Below are positions 51,078 through 61,825 of a stretch of 64,000 bases of DNA, in pieces; the first letter of the stretch is position 1; every line of letters starts with the position of its first letter. Both the position numbers and the translations under genes were made by a program. Origin of the DNA: Opisthocomus hoazin (taxonomy: Eukaryota); contig NC_134414.1 of assembly GCF_030867145.1 (NCBI RefSeq), positions 22,806,810 to 22,870,809 of the forward strand, in the 5' to 3' direction. The notes under the pieces are model-generated. The model saw only the letters and a list, made by a program, of their open reading frames with translations, was not told where the DNA came from and did not search any database.

Positions 51078-52450
51078 GTAACTACACTTACTGCTAACGT
51101 TTTTGGTGTATTATCCAGTTGTGGTGCCGCATTGTATGTGTAACCATATAGTAATTGTGAAATCTGTTCAATTTTTAATTATTTTGAATGTAATTAATAT
51201 CACACAAGTATTGTGTGGAATTTTACTATAAACACCAAAATTTGGAGGAACTCGTTCCAAAAATAAAGTGCACTTAAAAAATATCATGAGTGCAGCAGAA
51301 GTTTTGAGAGAGAATATGATAATACAGACTTCTTCTCCCTCCCAGAAGAAACTAACACCTGTTAGAGCATTCTGTCATAACAATATGCTAGTGTAGACGA
51401 AGCTTTAAATTCGACTCTAAGAGACTGGGGGGAGGGAGGGGGATTTTCAAGGAAAATCAAGGCATTTGTCCATAACTAAGTCCCCACTAGCAGAGAGGCA
51501 CAGCCAAAGCAGAGAGACTACTGGGAATGGGGAGAAGCAATACTGGAAGACGAGGACATATTGATAGCATGCAATGGGACAACTGGAATGAGGGGGGAGC
51601 AATGAGAGAAACTTGAACTAGTGAAATTGGATGTTTGTTAGTTACAGTAGCTCTCTCGTGACTTTGGAAACTAAAAGAGATGCCTGCATCAGTTAGCCAG
51701 CAGCTATAATTCTGTCAGTCTGTAAGGTCTTAACAGACTAAAGCTTTACATCAGTTGTGTCGGGGACTCAAGAAAATCATTATTTGTCTATTGAGTCATG
51801 TTGTGCATGACTATGACGTGCATTTAATGTAACTCAGGAACATCATCTCAGCCTGTAGTCTGTACTGTATGAAGACTGTGAGCTATTTAGAACGGTATCT
51901 GGTTGTGCGTTCTGTAACTTAGGTAAACTCATATAAAGCCATTCTCCTGATCCTTTGGCCCAAAAATTCCTAGGCAGAAGAGTACCAGACATCTACATTG
52001 GTGTATGGTGGCAGTATAGCCCAGGCTCACTAGTTTGTATGCAGCAGCTATTGGACCTCAGCTGGTATGTGTGCCAGAATTGCAGCACAAGCAGGATCCA
52101 TGCTTCACTTTGTGTAGATCTGTCTTGTGTGTATGTACAGCAGTATGTTACAGTGGAACTTCCTTGGCTCATAATCATCATTATATTAACCATTTTTATC
52201 TTAATAATGTAAAATACCTTTCTGCTCATATTTTGTCACAGTCAAATTTTCCTCTGAGTGTCCCCAATGTAAGGTACAATAGGGGAAGATATTTTTAGTT
52301 TAACTGATACATTACTTTCATTCTGAACATATGCATGACAGTATAATGGTACGGCACACAATATAAGAAGAACTACTGTTTTGATTAAAACGAGAAAAGT
52401 ATCTTACTAATTCTGGAATTATTTTGTTTCCTTGTCATTTTACTAAACAG

Positions 52451-53137
52451 GCATGTTTCACACAAGTAGACAGTGTTTGTTCACCTAATATCCTAAGTCA
52501 GAAAGAGGAACCTGAAAGCTTCCAGCTTCAACATGAAGAAGTTCCTGTTAGTCCAAAGAGCATCTCACCACAATGCGTGGCGCAGGGCTTTGAACTTGCA
52601 AGTAGTAGTTGGAGTCTCGAATCAAATTTCCATTTTGATAGAGAAATCACAAAGGAGATATCATTTGGAACAAAGTCACCTTCACCATCTAACCTTCTTC
52701 GGCTGGAAGCTGCTGAACCTGTCTCGTTATTTGGTTTTAAACCTAAACCAGGAGGAGGAATTGACCTGACTCAACAAAAATCACTTCAGACACCTGCATG
52801 TACAAAACCAGCTGTTTGTGTGAATATTCCTGAACCTGCTCCTCCTGCTCTCCCTCGCATTTCTTTTCAAGCAGCGGTGGGAGGCGTGAAACCAGTTTAT
52901 TCTTCTTGTGGTGCTCCAATGCAGGGTGTAGGACTGTTTGGTTCAGCTATCCCTCTGTGCGGAAGTTCTGGGAAGACTGATGTTGAAAAACAAGTTATTC
53001 CCAAATTTCGTTTGTTTCAAGCTAATGGAAAAGAAGCATTGTCAGAGTCAAAGTGTAAGAAAAAGGCAAAAAAGGCAGTATTTAAGTGTGATGTTACAGC
53101 TCCTGAAGAAGGATTTGCTGAGAAGTTCGAGGTTGTG
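52451..53137 (+). CDS. PARP4: PARP4 large coding exon (229 codons, ACFTQVDSVCSPNILSQKEEPESFQLQHEEVPVSPKSISPQC...KCDVTAPEEGFAEKFEVV). This is a low-complexity, fast-evolving region and is much shorter than the corresponding human segment. Donor is GTAAGT at 53138.
   Basis: Part of ORF 52424..53170. Acceptor is ctaaacag at 52449-50, and the donor consensus falls before the ORF stop. It sits at the position of the Pro/Ser-rich large exon in human PARP4. Confidence 0.75.
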
Positions 53138-53442
53138 GTAAGTCTTCCATCAGTAGTCTTTTATATATAGGATGCTACATGTCATGTTGAAATCCAAACT
53201 GCATTCAGCTAATGAAAGCTGCCTTAAACATCTGCATTTCAAGGTTCATGGATGTACAGCCAAAAAAGAACATGGTAAGGCTGGTAATGAGGCTGCTTTC
53301 CAATTCAAGAAATCTGAACCTGAAATGCAGAAAGCATTCTTTTTGGTCGGTTGGGTTTTAGTTATGCATTCTCAAAGTGATAAATATTATATTCTGAATT
53401 CTTCACTTGTTCCTTACTACTCTAATAGGTGACTTTAAATGG

Positions 53443-54700
53443 AATTACTTTGTATCATGAAGTAGCTATATGGGCAGTGGTGGTAGAATAAGATTCTTAA
53501 TGAACAGGAACAATCTTCCTCTTTTATGCCAACGCAGAAGATTCAGCAAAGTCTTCTGTTCTGTTCAGTAAACAGGAATGAAATTCCTGAGCTCCAAAAT
53601 CAGGTGCAGTTCCCATCCTCTATTCATGCATTACCTAAAAATAAAATATGAGTAGAAGGAAACAGTATCTTCAGCCCTGCCCTGAAATAAACATTTTGTA
53701 AATGATTTTGTTTTCTTTGCTTTATAAACTGATTGTTGAAAGAGCATGATGACATCAAAGTCATGCTATTTTTTGTTCCTTTCATGGGTAATCCATCATG
53801 CCTAAGTATAAAATCAGAGCCAACAAGTGGTGGTAACATCTCCAGAGTCAAATTTTACTCTGGATTTGCCCAGTGTAAGGTACAACAAGGTAAGAATTTT
53901 TTATTTTAAATATTAGATTTTTATTCCCATTTTGAACATGCAAATGTCAGTATAATTACAATGTGCATAAGACATACAGTTCTGATTAAAAAGAGAAAAA
54001 ATGTCTCACTAACTCTGGAATTATTTCATTCCTTGTAATTTTTCTAAACAAGAACTTTCTCCAGCTGTAGCTGATGTTTGTACAAATGTTTTCCTAAGTG
54101 GGAGAGAATGAACCTTTTTCAACCAGAAAAAGAGGTTTCTTTTTAAAAAGAGGAGTGGTTTTAAAATTTGAAATGCAATTACTTTGCATCATGATGTAGT
54201 AGCTGTATGGGTAATGGTGGTAAGATTCTTGCTGAACATTATCCTCTCCAGGAACAATCAAGGCACTGTATAACAACAAAGAAAGAAAAGAATCAACAGA
54301 GAATTGGGTTGGCTACTGTAAACTGGAAAGAACTTTTTGCGCTTCAAAATCAGGTACAATACCCATAGTCTATTTGTGCATTACTTAGAAATAAAATATA
54401 GGTAGAAGAAAAAAATATTTATAGTTTGATCTTGTCCTGAGATAGAGTAAAATACATTTATAAAACGTTCATAAACAGATTTTACAAGTGTATGATGACA
54501 TCAGTCATGCTATTTTATTGCTTTCACGGGCAACTCAACAATGGATATATAAGAAACAGTATAAAATCAAGGCCAGCAAGTAGTAATACACCTCCAGAAC
54601 CTTTTTACAGCCTCCATCAGTTTGCAGCTTGGGGACTTCCTGTGACAAGTATAAAAAGATATAGGGGAAGCTAAGTGGAAGAAGTGTGCAAATAATGCAT
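53443..54700. repeat. Tandem local duplication in a PARP4 intron. Units B (about 53443-54174) and C (about 54175-54700) are degenerate copies of the ~730-bp unit whose first copy (about 52150-53442) contains the large exon. Unit B keeps only the acceptor region plus the first ~60 bp of the exon.
   Basis: Direct read-through alignments support this: 53443-53530 with 54175-54260, 53700-53870 with 54470-54610, and 52255-52500 with 53860-54110 (for example gtcaaattttcctctgagtgtccccaatgtaaggtacaat against gtcaaattttactctggatttgcccagtgtaaggtacaac). Confidence 0.65.
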
Positions 54701-56246
54701 ATTATGCAAGAAAATAAAAAGTAGTCAGGTTTTAGAAGATTGGATTGAGAGATGGTGCAGCAAGAACCTCCCCTGGCCAGTGAGACCAATTGCTCGGGAA
54801 ACTGAATGAGACTGCACTGTCCAAGAATCCTGCAGGTAGGAGTCAGAGCAGGTAATGTTTAGCTTTGTTGGTTTTGGTATGTTCTTGTGGTGGGAGAAGT
54901 CCCTGTTCCGCATAAAGCATCGCCAGTTTCATGAGCGTACCAACTGAAGGGGTGAAGTTGTGATCAACGATCAGATTGTGGGTGTCACAGTCAGTATCTA
55001 TCAGTAATAAACAGAAGGAGGTTTTCAAGAGTATTATATGATCCAAGTGAAGAAGCCACCATGGGATGCCCTCAGTGGAGACTCCTGATGTTTACTGGCA
55101 GATTGGCCATTCAGCATGGTGGTATGTTGAATTCTCTTTTGCTGGGGGTACACTAGATCTAGTAAGCCTCCCAGGTGTACCAGCTTCGTGTTCCTATATG
55201 CCGCAGAGTCCACCTAGTATTTGCATCCTCCTGGCTCTTTTTTTTAAAGCAGTACTTCATTCTGTGTGTAATTAACTTTATGTATGAAGTTCGTATGCGA
55301 AAGTAGTAAAGTATAGCCAACCTCAGCATTAAGAAAAGATACGTATTTTTCCTATATTTTTGACAGGACACTTTTATCAAATTATTTCTGAATATTGAAC
55401 CATTACAATATGCCACGTATACAATGGGGATTAGAGTAGTAAACTTGTGGCTGACTCTTGTGGGAATTAACTTCCAACGTGCAGTTCAAGACTTCTTTTT
55501 CAACAGAGTTGTCAATTGTTTAATTTTAAAAATAAAAGTTTCTCATGTTTTTTTACACTAATTAAACTTAATGTTCTGCAGATTTTCACTTTTTACTTAA
55601 TTTGGATAATTACTATCTAAACATCCTTTAAAAATCATGTACTATCTTCTCAATTACCTTAAATGAATGGTTATAAATTTTTGTCTGCAGTTAAGAGTTT
55701 TCTAAGACATAAAGCTGCAAGAACAGATAGAGTTTCAGAAGTATTTGATGTTGAAAAACTTGAACATCCTGTTGAAAGCCTGTCTTCCATCTGACCTGAG
55801 GGTAGCAAACCATTTGGCAGATAATTTTAATCATGAGAGTTGTCTAATCTTTGGCAGGGAAAGTCAGATAAAATAGGATTGGTTTTGTTAATACTGCATT
55901 TAACAACATATATAGTAAACGTAATAATTGTAAAGAGACTTTCCATTCTCAGCAGAAGAGAGGGATCCTTTATTGTTTCTTTTGAGTAAGAGGAATACTT
56001 ATTTTTCAGCACATTTAAAATTATTTTCAGAAGGAATTTGTCTGAAATAAATTTGAAAAGGCTAGTGGTATATCAAGGGTTTTTGAAGTTTAGTATTTGA
56101 ATCACCTAAACTGATGATGTGGATTTCAGGTTTTGTGTTTGTGTAAGCTTATTTAAATTAATTCTCGTGTGTCTGTTTTGTTTTTGCCAAATACATTTGC
56201 AGTGTCCTGAACGTTTGGCTTATCCATATCTTCATTTATTCCGTAG

Positions 56247-56349
56247 GATGGCTCTTGGAATCTCAGTCCACAGTTGGGAGAATTCTTGAAATTTGATGTT
56301 GATAATTTAATTAACAATTTCCTTATTAGAAAAGGCATTCAATCACTTG
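56247..56349 (+). CDS. PARP4: PARP4 coding exon, DGSWNLSPQLGEFLKFDVDNLINNFLIRKGIQSL plus G. Donor is GTAAAT at 56350.
   Basis: Matches human EDGFWKLTPELGLILNLNTNGLHSFLKQKGIQSLG (recalled). Acceptor is ttccgtag at 56245-46. Confidence 0.8.
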
Positions 56350-56866
56350 GTAAATACTTTTCTGTCATTAAAAAGCAGTATATTATGTTACATTTCCTAT
56401 CTGTATGCGTTATTACTCTGTATGTCTAGTGGAACTCTCAATAAGATATGCTCAGAATTTAAACGGAGCTCTTAAAGTTTTCAAAAGTGCCTGGTTTTAA
56501 TACTACAGTTTTTTCTCAGCTTCTCTCACAATATAGTGTCCTGACTGCTAAGCACATCTCCTGGAGAAATGTGGGGAGGATGTGAGGTAGTTGAAATAGC
56601 AATAGAGGTTCTTTTATCTCAATTATTGTATCTGCTATATTAATATCTACTGAAGTAAAAAAGGGAGGGAAAGTCTCTCCTAGGAGAGAGGTAGAAATCA
56701 CGTCTGCTTTTCACATTTCAAATAATATAAATAATATTTATATAATTCTTTCCCCCCACAGACACACTGTCTGCAGCATTCAGTATGCACTCTGCCTATA
56801 GACGGAGTCTTTGTCAATTGGTGCTCTTCGCTGGCAGCATATCAGAAAAAAAAGGGGGGGGGGGGG

Positions 56867-56885
56867 GAATTCCTTCTTTCTAAAT
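56867..56885. repeat. Homopolymer tract A8G14 in a PARP4 intron.
   Basis: The sequence aaaaaaaaggggggggggggggaa is directly visible. Confidence 0.9.
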
Positions 56886-57218
56886 TATTAGTGGGTGCAA
56901 TGCTTCATCAAACGGCAAAAATCTTTCAAGTTTCACATTCTTGCATGTATTACAATCAAAGTAGATTAGAACCCAAGCAAATACAAACTGCAGAAATCCC
57001 AACAAAGCATTACCAAGTTTAAGTTTGAAAGACAGGAGCATGTTTGTCAAATCACTAATGTGAATACTCTTAATAGTAGTGATTGTATGGTGAAACAATT
57101 AAATAGCATTAGGACAACTGATGTTTTAAAGTGATATGGAGTACTTTGCAGAAAGTACCTTTTCTGTTGTCAGAAATCATTTAAATAGTAATACCACTTC
57201 ACTTTTCTTCTTCCTTAG

Positions 57219-57351
57219 GCCCAAATGGAAAAGAAAAGCTGCTGCAGTTGATCGCTACTCTTCTTGTGCTACAGTTCATACGCTGCAGGAAGGAATTTAA
57301 AGGGATAGTTTTCAAAACACTGATGAAACTGGATGATTCATCTAATTCAAG
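57219..57351 (+). CDS. PARP4: PARP4 coding exon, (G)PNGKEKLLQLIATLLVLQFIRCRKEFKGIVFKTLMKLDDSSNS plus AG. Donor is GTGTGC at 57352.
   Basis: Matches human VKGRECLLDLIATMLVLQFIRTRLEKEGIVFKSLMKMDDPSIS (recalled). Confidence 0.85.
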
Positions 57352-58725
57352 GTGTGCTTTTAAATAAGATCTTATAATTTAATGTGGTAATATAACCCTT
57401 CTCAACATACAGAAGATTAATTTCATTATGGAGAGTTGATGACTATACTACAGGATATGGCTGTAGAAAAGGGAATGGAAAGTATTAATCATATTGGTGG
57501 CACATGGTTTCTTTTAAAAGCATGGATGGAGGAAGGAATACTTTGCAAAATATGATGCAAAAATTGAGAAGTATAGAAAGTAGTAAAAGTTATTTTATAC
57601 TTCTTATTAGAATCATTGAATAATTCAGGTTGGATGTGACCTCTGGAGGTAGTATCTTCCTTAAAGCAGAGCCAACTCAGGTGTTGGAGAATTTTTTCAG
57701 GATCTTGCCCAGCTGAGTTTTAAATATCTTTACGGATGGAGATTCATGAACCTCAGCTTTTTTAAGGGCAACTTTTTCCAGTGTTTAATATAACTTATTT
57801 TAGAAATTAGGAAAAAATGCTGTTGGACTTTTCCTTCATGTAACTTGTGCCTGTTGGCCTGCACCTTATTTAGGGTTGTATTTGTGGCGTGGTGTTCTTC
57901 AAAAGCATACACCATAAAATGTTCTGGACAAGACTTCTGAAATGATTAGAGCAGATGATTCTTCATGGCACAACTTCCGCTCTTTCCTTTAGCTGTGGGG
58001 AACCCTGGTACTGGGTCATTCTGAACACACACCTCCCACACACACTTCTGTATGTCCCAGTGCTCCATTACCTTTTTAATATAGGGTCCCTGCATCTGGA
58101 AATTCCCTTTCTTTGGGAATGAAGTGAATAATTATCAGCTGGCAATTTTTTTGGTATAGAGGAAAGACAAATGTCTTAAAAGAAGCATGAAGGAATAGGC
58201 CTCCAGTGAATCTGGATTGCCCCAGCCGCCAGCAGATTCCTTGTGCCAAAATGGGAGGCTTTATACACTTCATACTTTACAGGGCATGTAGGAACAGGAT
58301 AAAGAAACAGGAGAGCCCTGGAAATCTTCCTCCCTCTTTCGAGACTCCTTGACAGAGGGAAAAATTGGTTGTATAATTTTGGCTACTCTAGTCAGGAATA
58401 CAAATAAAATTGCATTGACTGCTGGATGAAAGCCATTCTAACATATGTGAACGTACAAAGGAGGAGTCAAGTTTGCCTTCATGAAATGTGTAGTACTTCA
58501 CTGCGGTGATTGGAATAGTGCAAATAAATGCAAGTAATGATTATGAGGCTACATACTTCCCATGTGGAAGAGTCCAAAAAGATAGGGTGACTCAGATGAT
58601 GAAGTTTTCTGCATCAAATGATACTTTATACAGGCTGGATCACTGTACTGTAGAAAATTTTCTCTTTTAAATAATTACCGTTAGAAGAAATTATTTTCTT
58701 CTTGCTCCTTCATTTCTACACACAG

Positions 58726-58876
58726 TGGTGTTCACTGGGCTTTTGAGGCGATCAAGAAATCAATAGAGTGGGTAAGAAGAGCTGAGAAGCGATTTCCATC
58801 TATTTGCTATCGACTTGAACTTGGGAAAGACTGGGATTCTGCCACCAAGAAGATACTGGGTATCAAGTTTATCTAA
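58726..58876 (+). CDS. PARP4: PARP4 terminal coding exon, (S)GVHWAFEAIKKSIEWVRRAEKRFPSICYRLELGKDWDSATKKILGIKFI followed by stop TAA at 58874-58876.
   Basis: Matches human NIPWAFEAIKQASEWVRRTEGQYPSICPRLELGNDWDSATKQLLGL (recalled). Acceptor is cacacag at 58724-25. Confidence 0.85.
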
Positions 58877-59302
58877 CGTCAGTTCTCTTTCTACTTACAA
58901 TATTTAATCACATAATCCTTTAAGATACTAGCAGTTAGCTTTCCTTGCAGTTTTACATAAAATGTTTGAATTGAGAACATTTGATCTTATTACCGAATCA
59001 TAATTCTTATAGTCACAGACTTAAAGTTACAGAAATAAGGGGTCTTATAGTTACTAAGTCTTGATTTTACATATATGTAGTATTTTACTTACCTGTAACT
59101 CTGTTAAAAATACATTTTCATTTGTTTTACATTAACCTCTGGTTCATTGCACATTATAAAAGTACTTTTATAATATCTTTGATTTCTCCTAAAACCTTAT
59201 ATACTTCCTTAATGGCACAGTAAAGAAAGCGTAATGTAGTAATTCAGTTAAATATGGCAGGAGGTGTTTTGACAGATACAGGAATGTGATCAACAAAGAA
59301 CT

Positions 59303-59308
59303 AATAAA
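59303..59308 (+). other. Candidate PARP4 polyadenylation signal AATAAA, about 430 nt after the stop codon.
   Basis: This is the first canonical AATAAA hexamer downstream of the stop. It has not been verified. Confidence 0.3.
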
Positions 59309-61214
59309 TATCTGCTAACATATCAGTGTTTTCAGTTGGATGATTTTGTAATTCCTACAGTGTGCCTTGAAATGCAAACAGCAGAACAGTTATTTTTCTC
59401 TTGGGATGCTATTCTTGTTGGTCATAGGTCAATTTCTGAATACATCAGTCAGTTTGTTAGGAGGAGTAAGTTCTCTTTTTCCTGTGGTTACTCTGTATTC
59501 TGATTTTATTCTGATGAAAAACTGATTAGTTTTATTTTATACTGGACCAAACACTGAAGCCTTATAACAAAATCAGACTAAAAGTGATTTATTTTAATTT
59601 AATGGGCTTTTCACGGGTGTTTGAGTGAACACATTACCTCTTCTAAATTAAGGAGCTGCACAGAATCACATTTTGGTAGTTTGTGATGTGAGGAAATGTA
59701 GTTAGAGGCTTGGTACAACTGCTTGCACTGAGGCGGGATACAGTGTGTACAGAACATACTCTACGCTTGCTTGTCCAACCACTGAGAACATTCAGAAGCA
59801 GGAGATTCCACAGCCACTGTAGGTAATGTGTTACGCTGCCCTCGACAACGGAGAATGCTCCCTAGCAGCAACGGGAAAGTGTTGTAAGAGGTTACTAAAG
59901 AAAACTGTGGAGTCTCTTCCATAGATGTTTCTATGAGAATATAAGCAAATGTCTGCCAAAGGGTGGAGTAGATACACTTGATCTTGTAGAGGAGGTTGCT
60001 AAGAGGGATAGGCTGGGGTCCTTCTGCTTCCACCGTGCTCTGAATCCTTGTCATGTGTGTAAGATACTGGCTCTTTTTAGTAAACAATACAAAGGAAAGA
60101 TTTGTACTACACTTTCTATTTGAGAGGAGCTGGGATACCAGTTTCTTAAAAGCAAGAAAGACTCCTTAACGCGGACAATGATAAACTAGCTTCTACATCT
60201 GCTGTGAAGTCTTTGCAGGGTCAAGTGCTGCATTACTAGGGTTACCTTAGAAAGGAAGTGCTGGCACAAATATAAATAAAAGAAATATTTTTTTTTCCCC
60301 TTTCACTGCAGTTAATTATTCAAATAGTTTGGTGTTTTCACTGTTGCAAGGACACATCCCGTGCGGGTATGCATGAGAAGCCCGAGCTTGGAGTGCTGTG
60401 TGTTCCTTAAGGAGTTGTGTCCGAGGCATCTAAACGCTCCCCCTCTCGCAGAGGCAGTTGAGTAAGCAAATACGGGGTGTGGTTTATTTGCTTTTCCTTA
60501 CAAGATTGTCTTTCTTTCCTCCTGCACGTTACATGAAAAAAAAGGCGATCATTTGAACGTGCAAAATACTACGAAATTCAAAGTGGTTGTGTTTCCTCGT
60601 GCGAAACTCCGTCGTCCTGAGGGGTCGGCGTGCCCCTCCCCCGTGCGGTTCCCCACAGCCTCACCCGGCGGGGGGCGAGGAACGCCTTCGCACCGGGGCA
60701 CTGGCCACGCTCTGGGCCGGACCCCCGTCCCCCGGCGGAAAGGTCAGCGGCGTCGGGGTGCCTCGGGGCGCCCCGGTAACCGCCGCCCTCCTCGGGAGGA
60801 GAGGGCCCGCTGAGGCGCCAGGCAGCCGGACCCCTCGCCCGGGGGCCGCGCAGCCTTCCCTCACGCTTTCCCCTCGAGGCAGGGGCCCCCGGGACAGCGC
60901 GCAGACGGGCGGCCCCACCGCTTTCATGGCTCTGCGGCGGGCGTCGGGCCGCAGGGCACGGCAGCGCGGCACCGCCCGCCCCGGGGCGCGCGCACCCTCC
61001 GCAACGCGGGCCCGCCAGGACCCCGCACCCCCCCCGACCCTGCCAGCGGGCCGCCGGGCTCAGGGCACGAGGGCCTCCGGGCGCGGGGCCCCGCCCCTGT
61101 GCGTCATGGGCTGGCGGGGCGCCGATTGGCTGCGGCCGCCGCCTCTCTCCCTCCTGGCCCGGCGGTGGATGTCGCAGCCGCTTTTCACCGTTGTCGTTTG
61201 AAATTCGGCCCAAA

Positions 61215-61454
61215 ATGGCGGCGACGACCGGGAGCGGGGCTGAGGCGGCGGCGGCCAGGCTGGAGGGGGCGGAGGAAGAGGAGGATACGGCGGCCGCGGC
61301 GGAGGAGGATGAGGAGGACGGGGAGGAAGACAGCAGCGGGGCTGGCAAGGCGGCGGGAGCAGCCGGCGGGGAGGCCGGCGGCGGCGGCGGGGAGAGCGAG
61401 GAGGAGGAGGACGTGTTCGAGGTGGAGAAGATCCTTGACGTGAAGACCGAGGGG
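61215..61454 (+). CDS. MPHOSPH8: MPHOSPH8 (MPP8) first coding exon, MAATTGSGAEAAAARLEGAEEEEDTAAAAEEDEEDGEEDSSGAGKAAGAAGGEAGGGGGESEEEEDVFEVEKILDVKTEG (acidic N-terminus plus the start of the chromodomain). Donor is GTGAGC at about 61455. The exact phase is uncertain by 1-2 nt.
   Basis: Part of ORF 61191..61751. The start has a Kozak-like context (caaaATGG). The motif EDVFEVEKILDVKTEG matches the MPP8 chromodomain start (human GEDVFEVEKILDMKTEGGKVLYKVRWKGY, recalled). Confidence 0.7.
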
Positions 61455-61494
61455 GTGAGCGCGCGGCGCTGCCGCCTGTCAGCGCGGCGCCCCG

Positions 61495-61825
61495 GGGCGG
61501 CGGGTCCCGGAGGGAGGGAAAGAGGAAGGGAGGGAGGCAGGCGGCGGGTCCCTGAGGGAGGGAGGCAGGGAGGCGGCGGGTCCCTGAGGGAGGGAGGGAG
61601 GGACGGAGGCAGGCGGCGGGTCCCGGAGGGAGGGAGCCAGGCAGGCAGGCAGGCAGGCGGCGAGTCCCTGAGGGAGGGAGGCAGGGAGGCAGGCAGGCGG
61701 CGGGTCCCGGAGGGAGGGAAGCAGGGAGGCAGGCAGGCGGCGAGTCCCTGAGGGAGGGAGGCAGGGAGGCAGGCAGGCGGCGGGTCCCGGAGGGAGGGAA
61801 GCAGGGAGGGAGGGAGGGCGGGCGG
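61495..61825. repeat. G-rich minisatellite, about 8 tandem units of about 40 bp, consensus close to GCGGCGGGTCCC(G/T)GAGGGAGGGAGGCAGGGAGGCAGGCAG. It lies in MPHOSPH8 intron 1 just after the first donor.
   Basis: The repetition is directly visible. Units alternate between the cccggagggagggaagcagggaggcaggcaggcggcgggt and ccctgagggagggaggcagggaggcaggcaggcggcgagt variants. Confidence 0.85.

Noticed and set aside
55720-55830. Possible extra PARP4 exon (..VFDVEKLEHPVESLSSI..) between the large exon and the exon at 56247
   Set aside because: Every frame hits a stop before any usable donor, and the phases are incompatible with the phase-0 boundaries on both sides.
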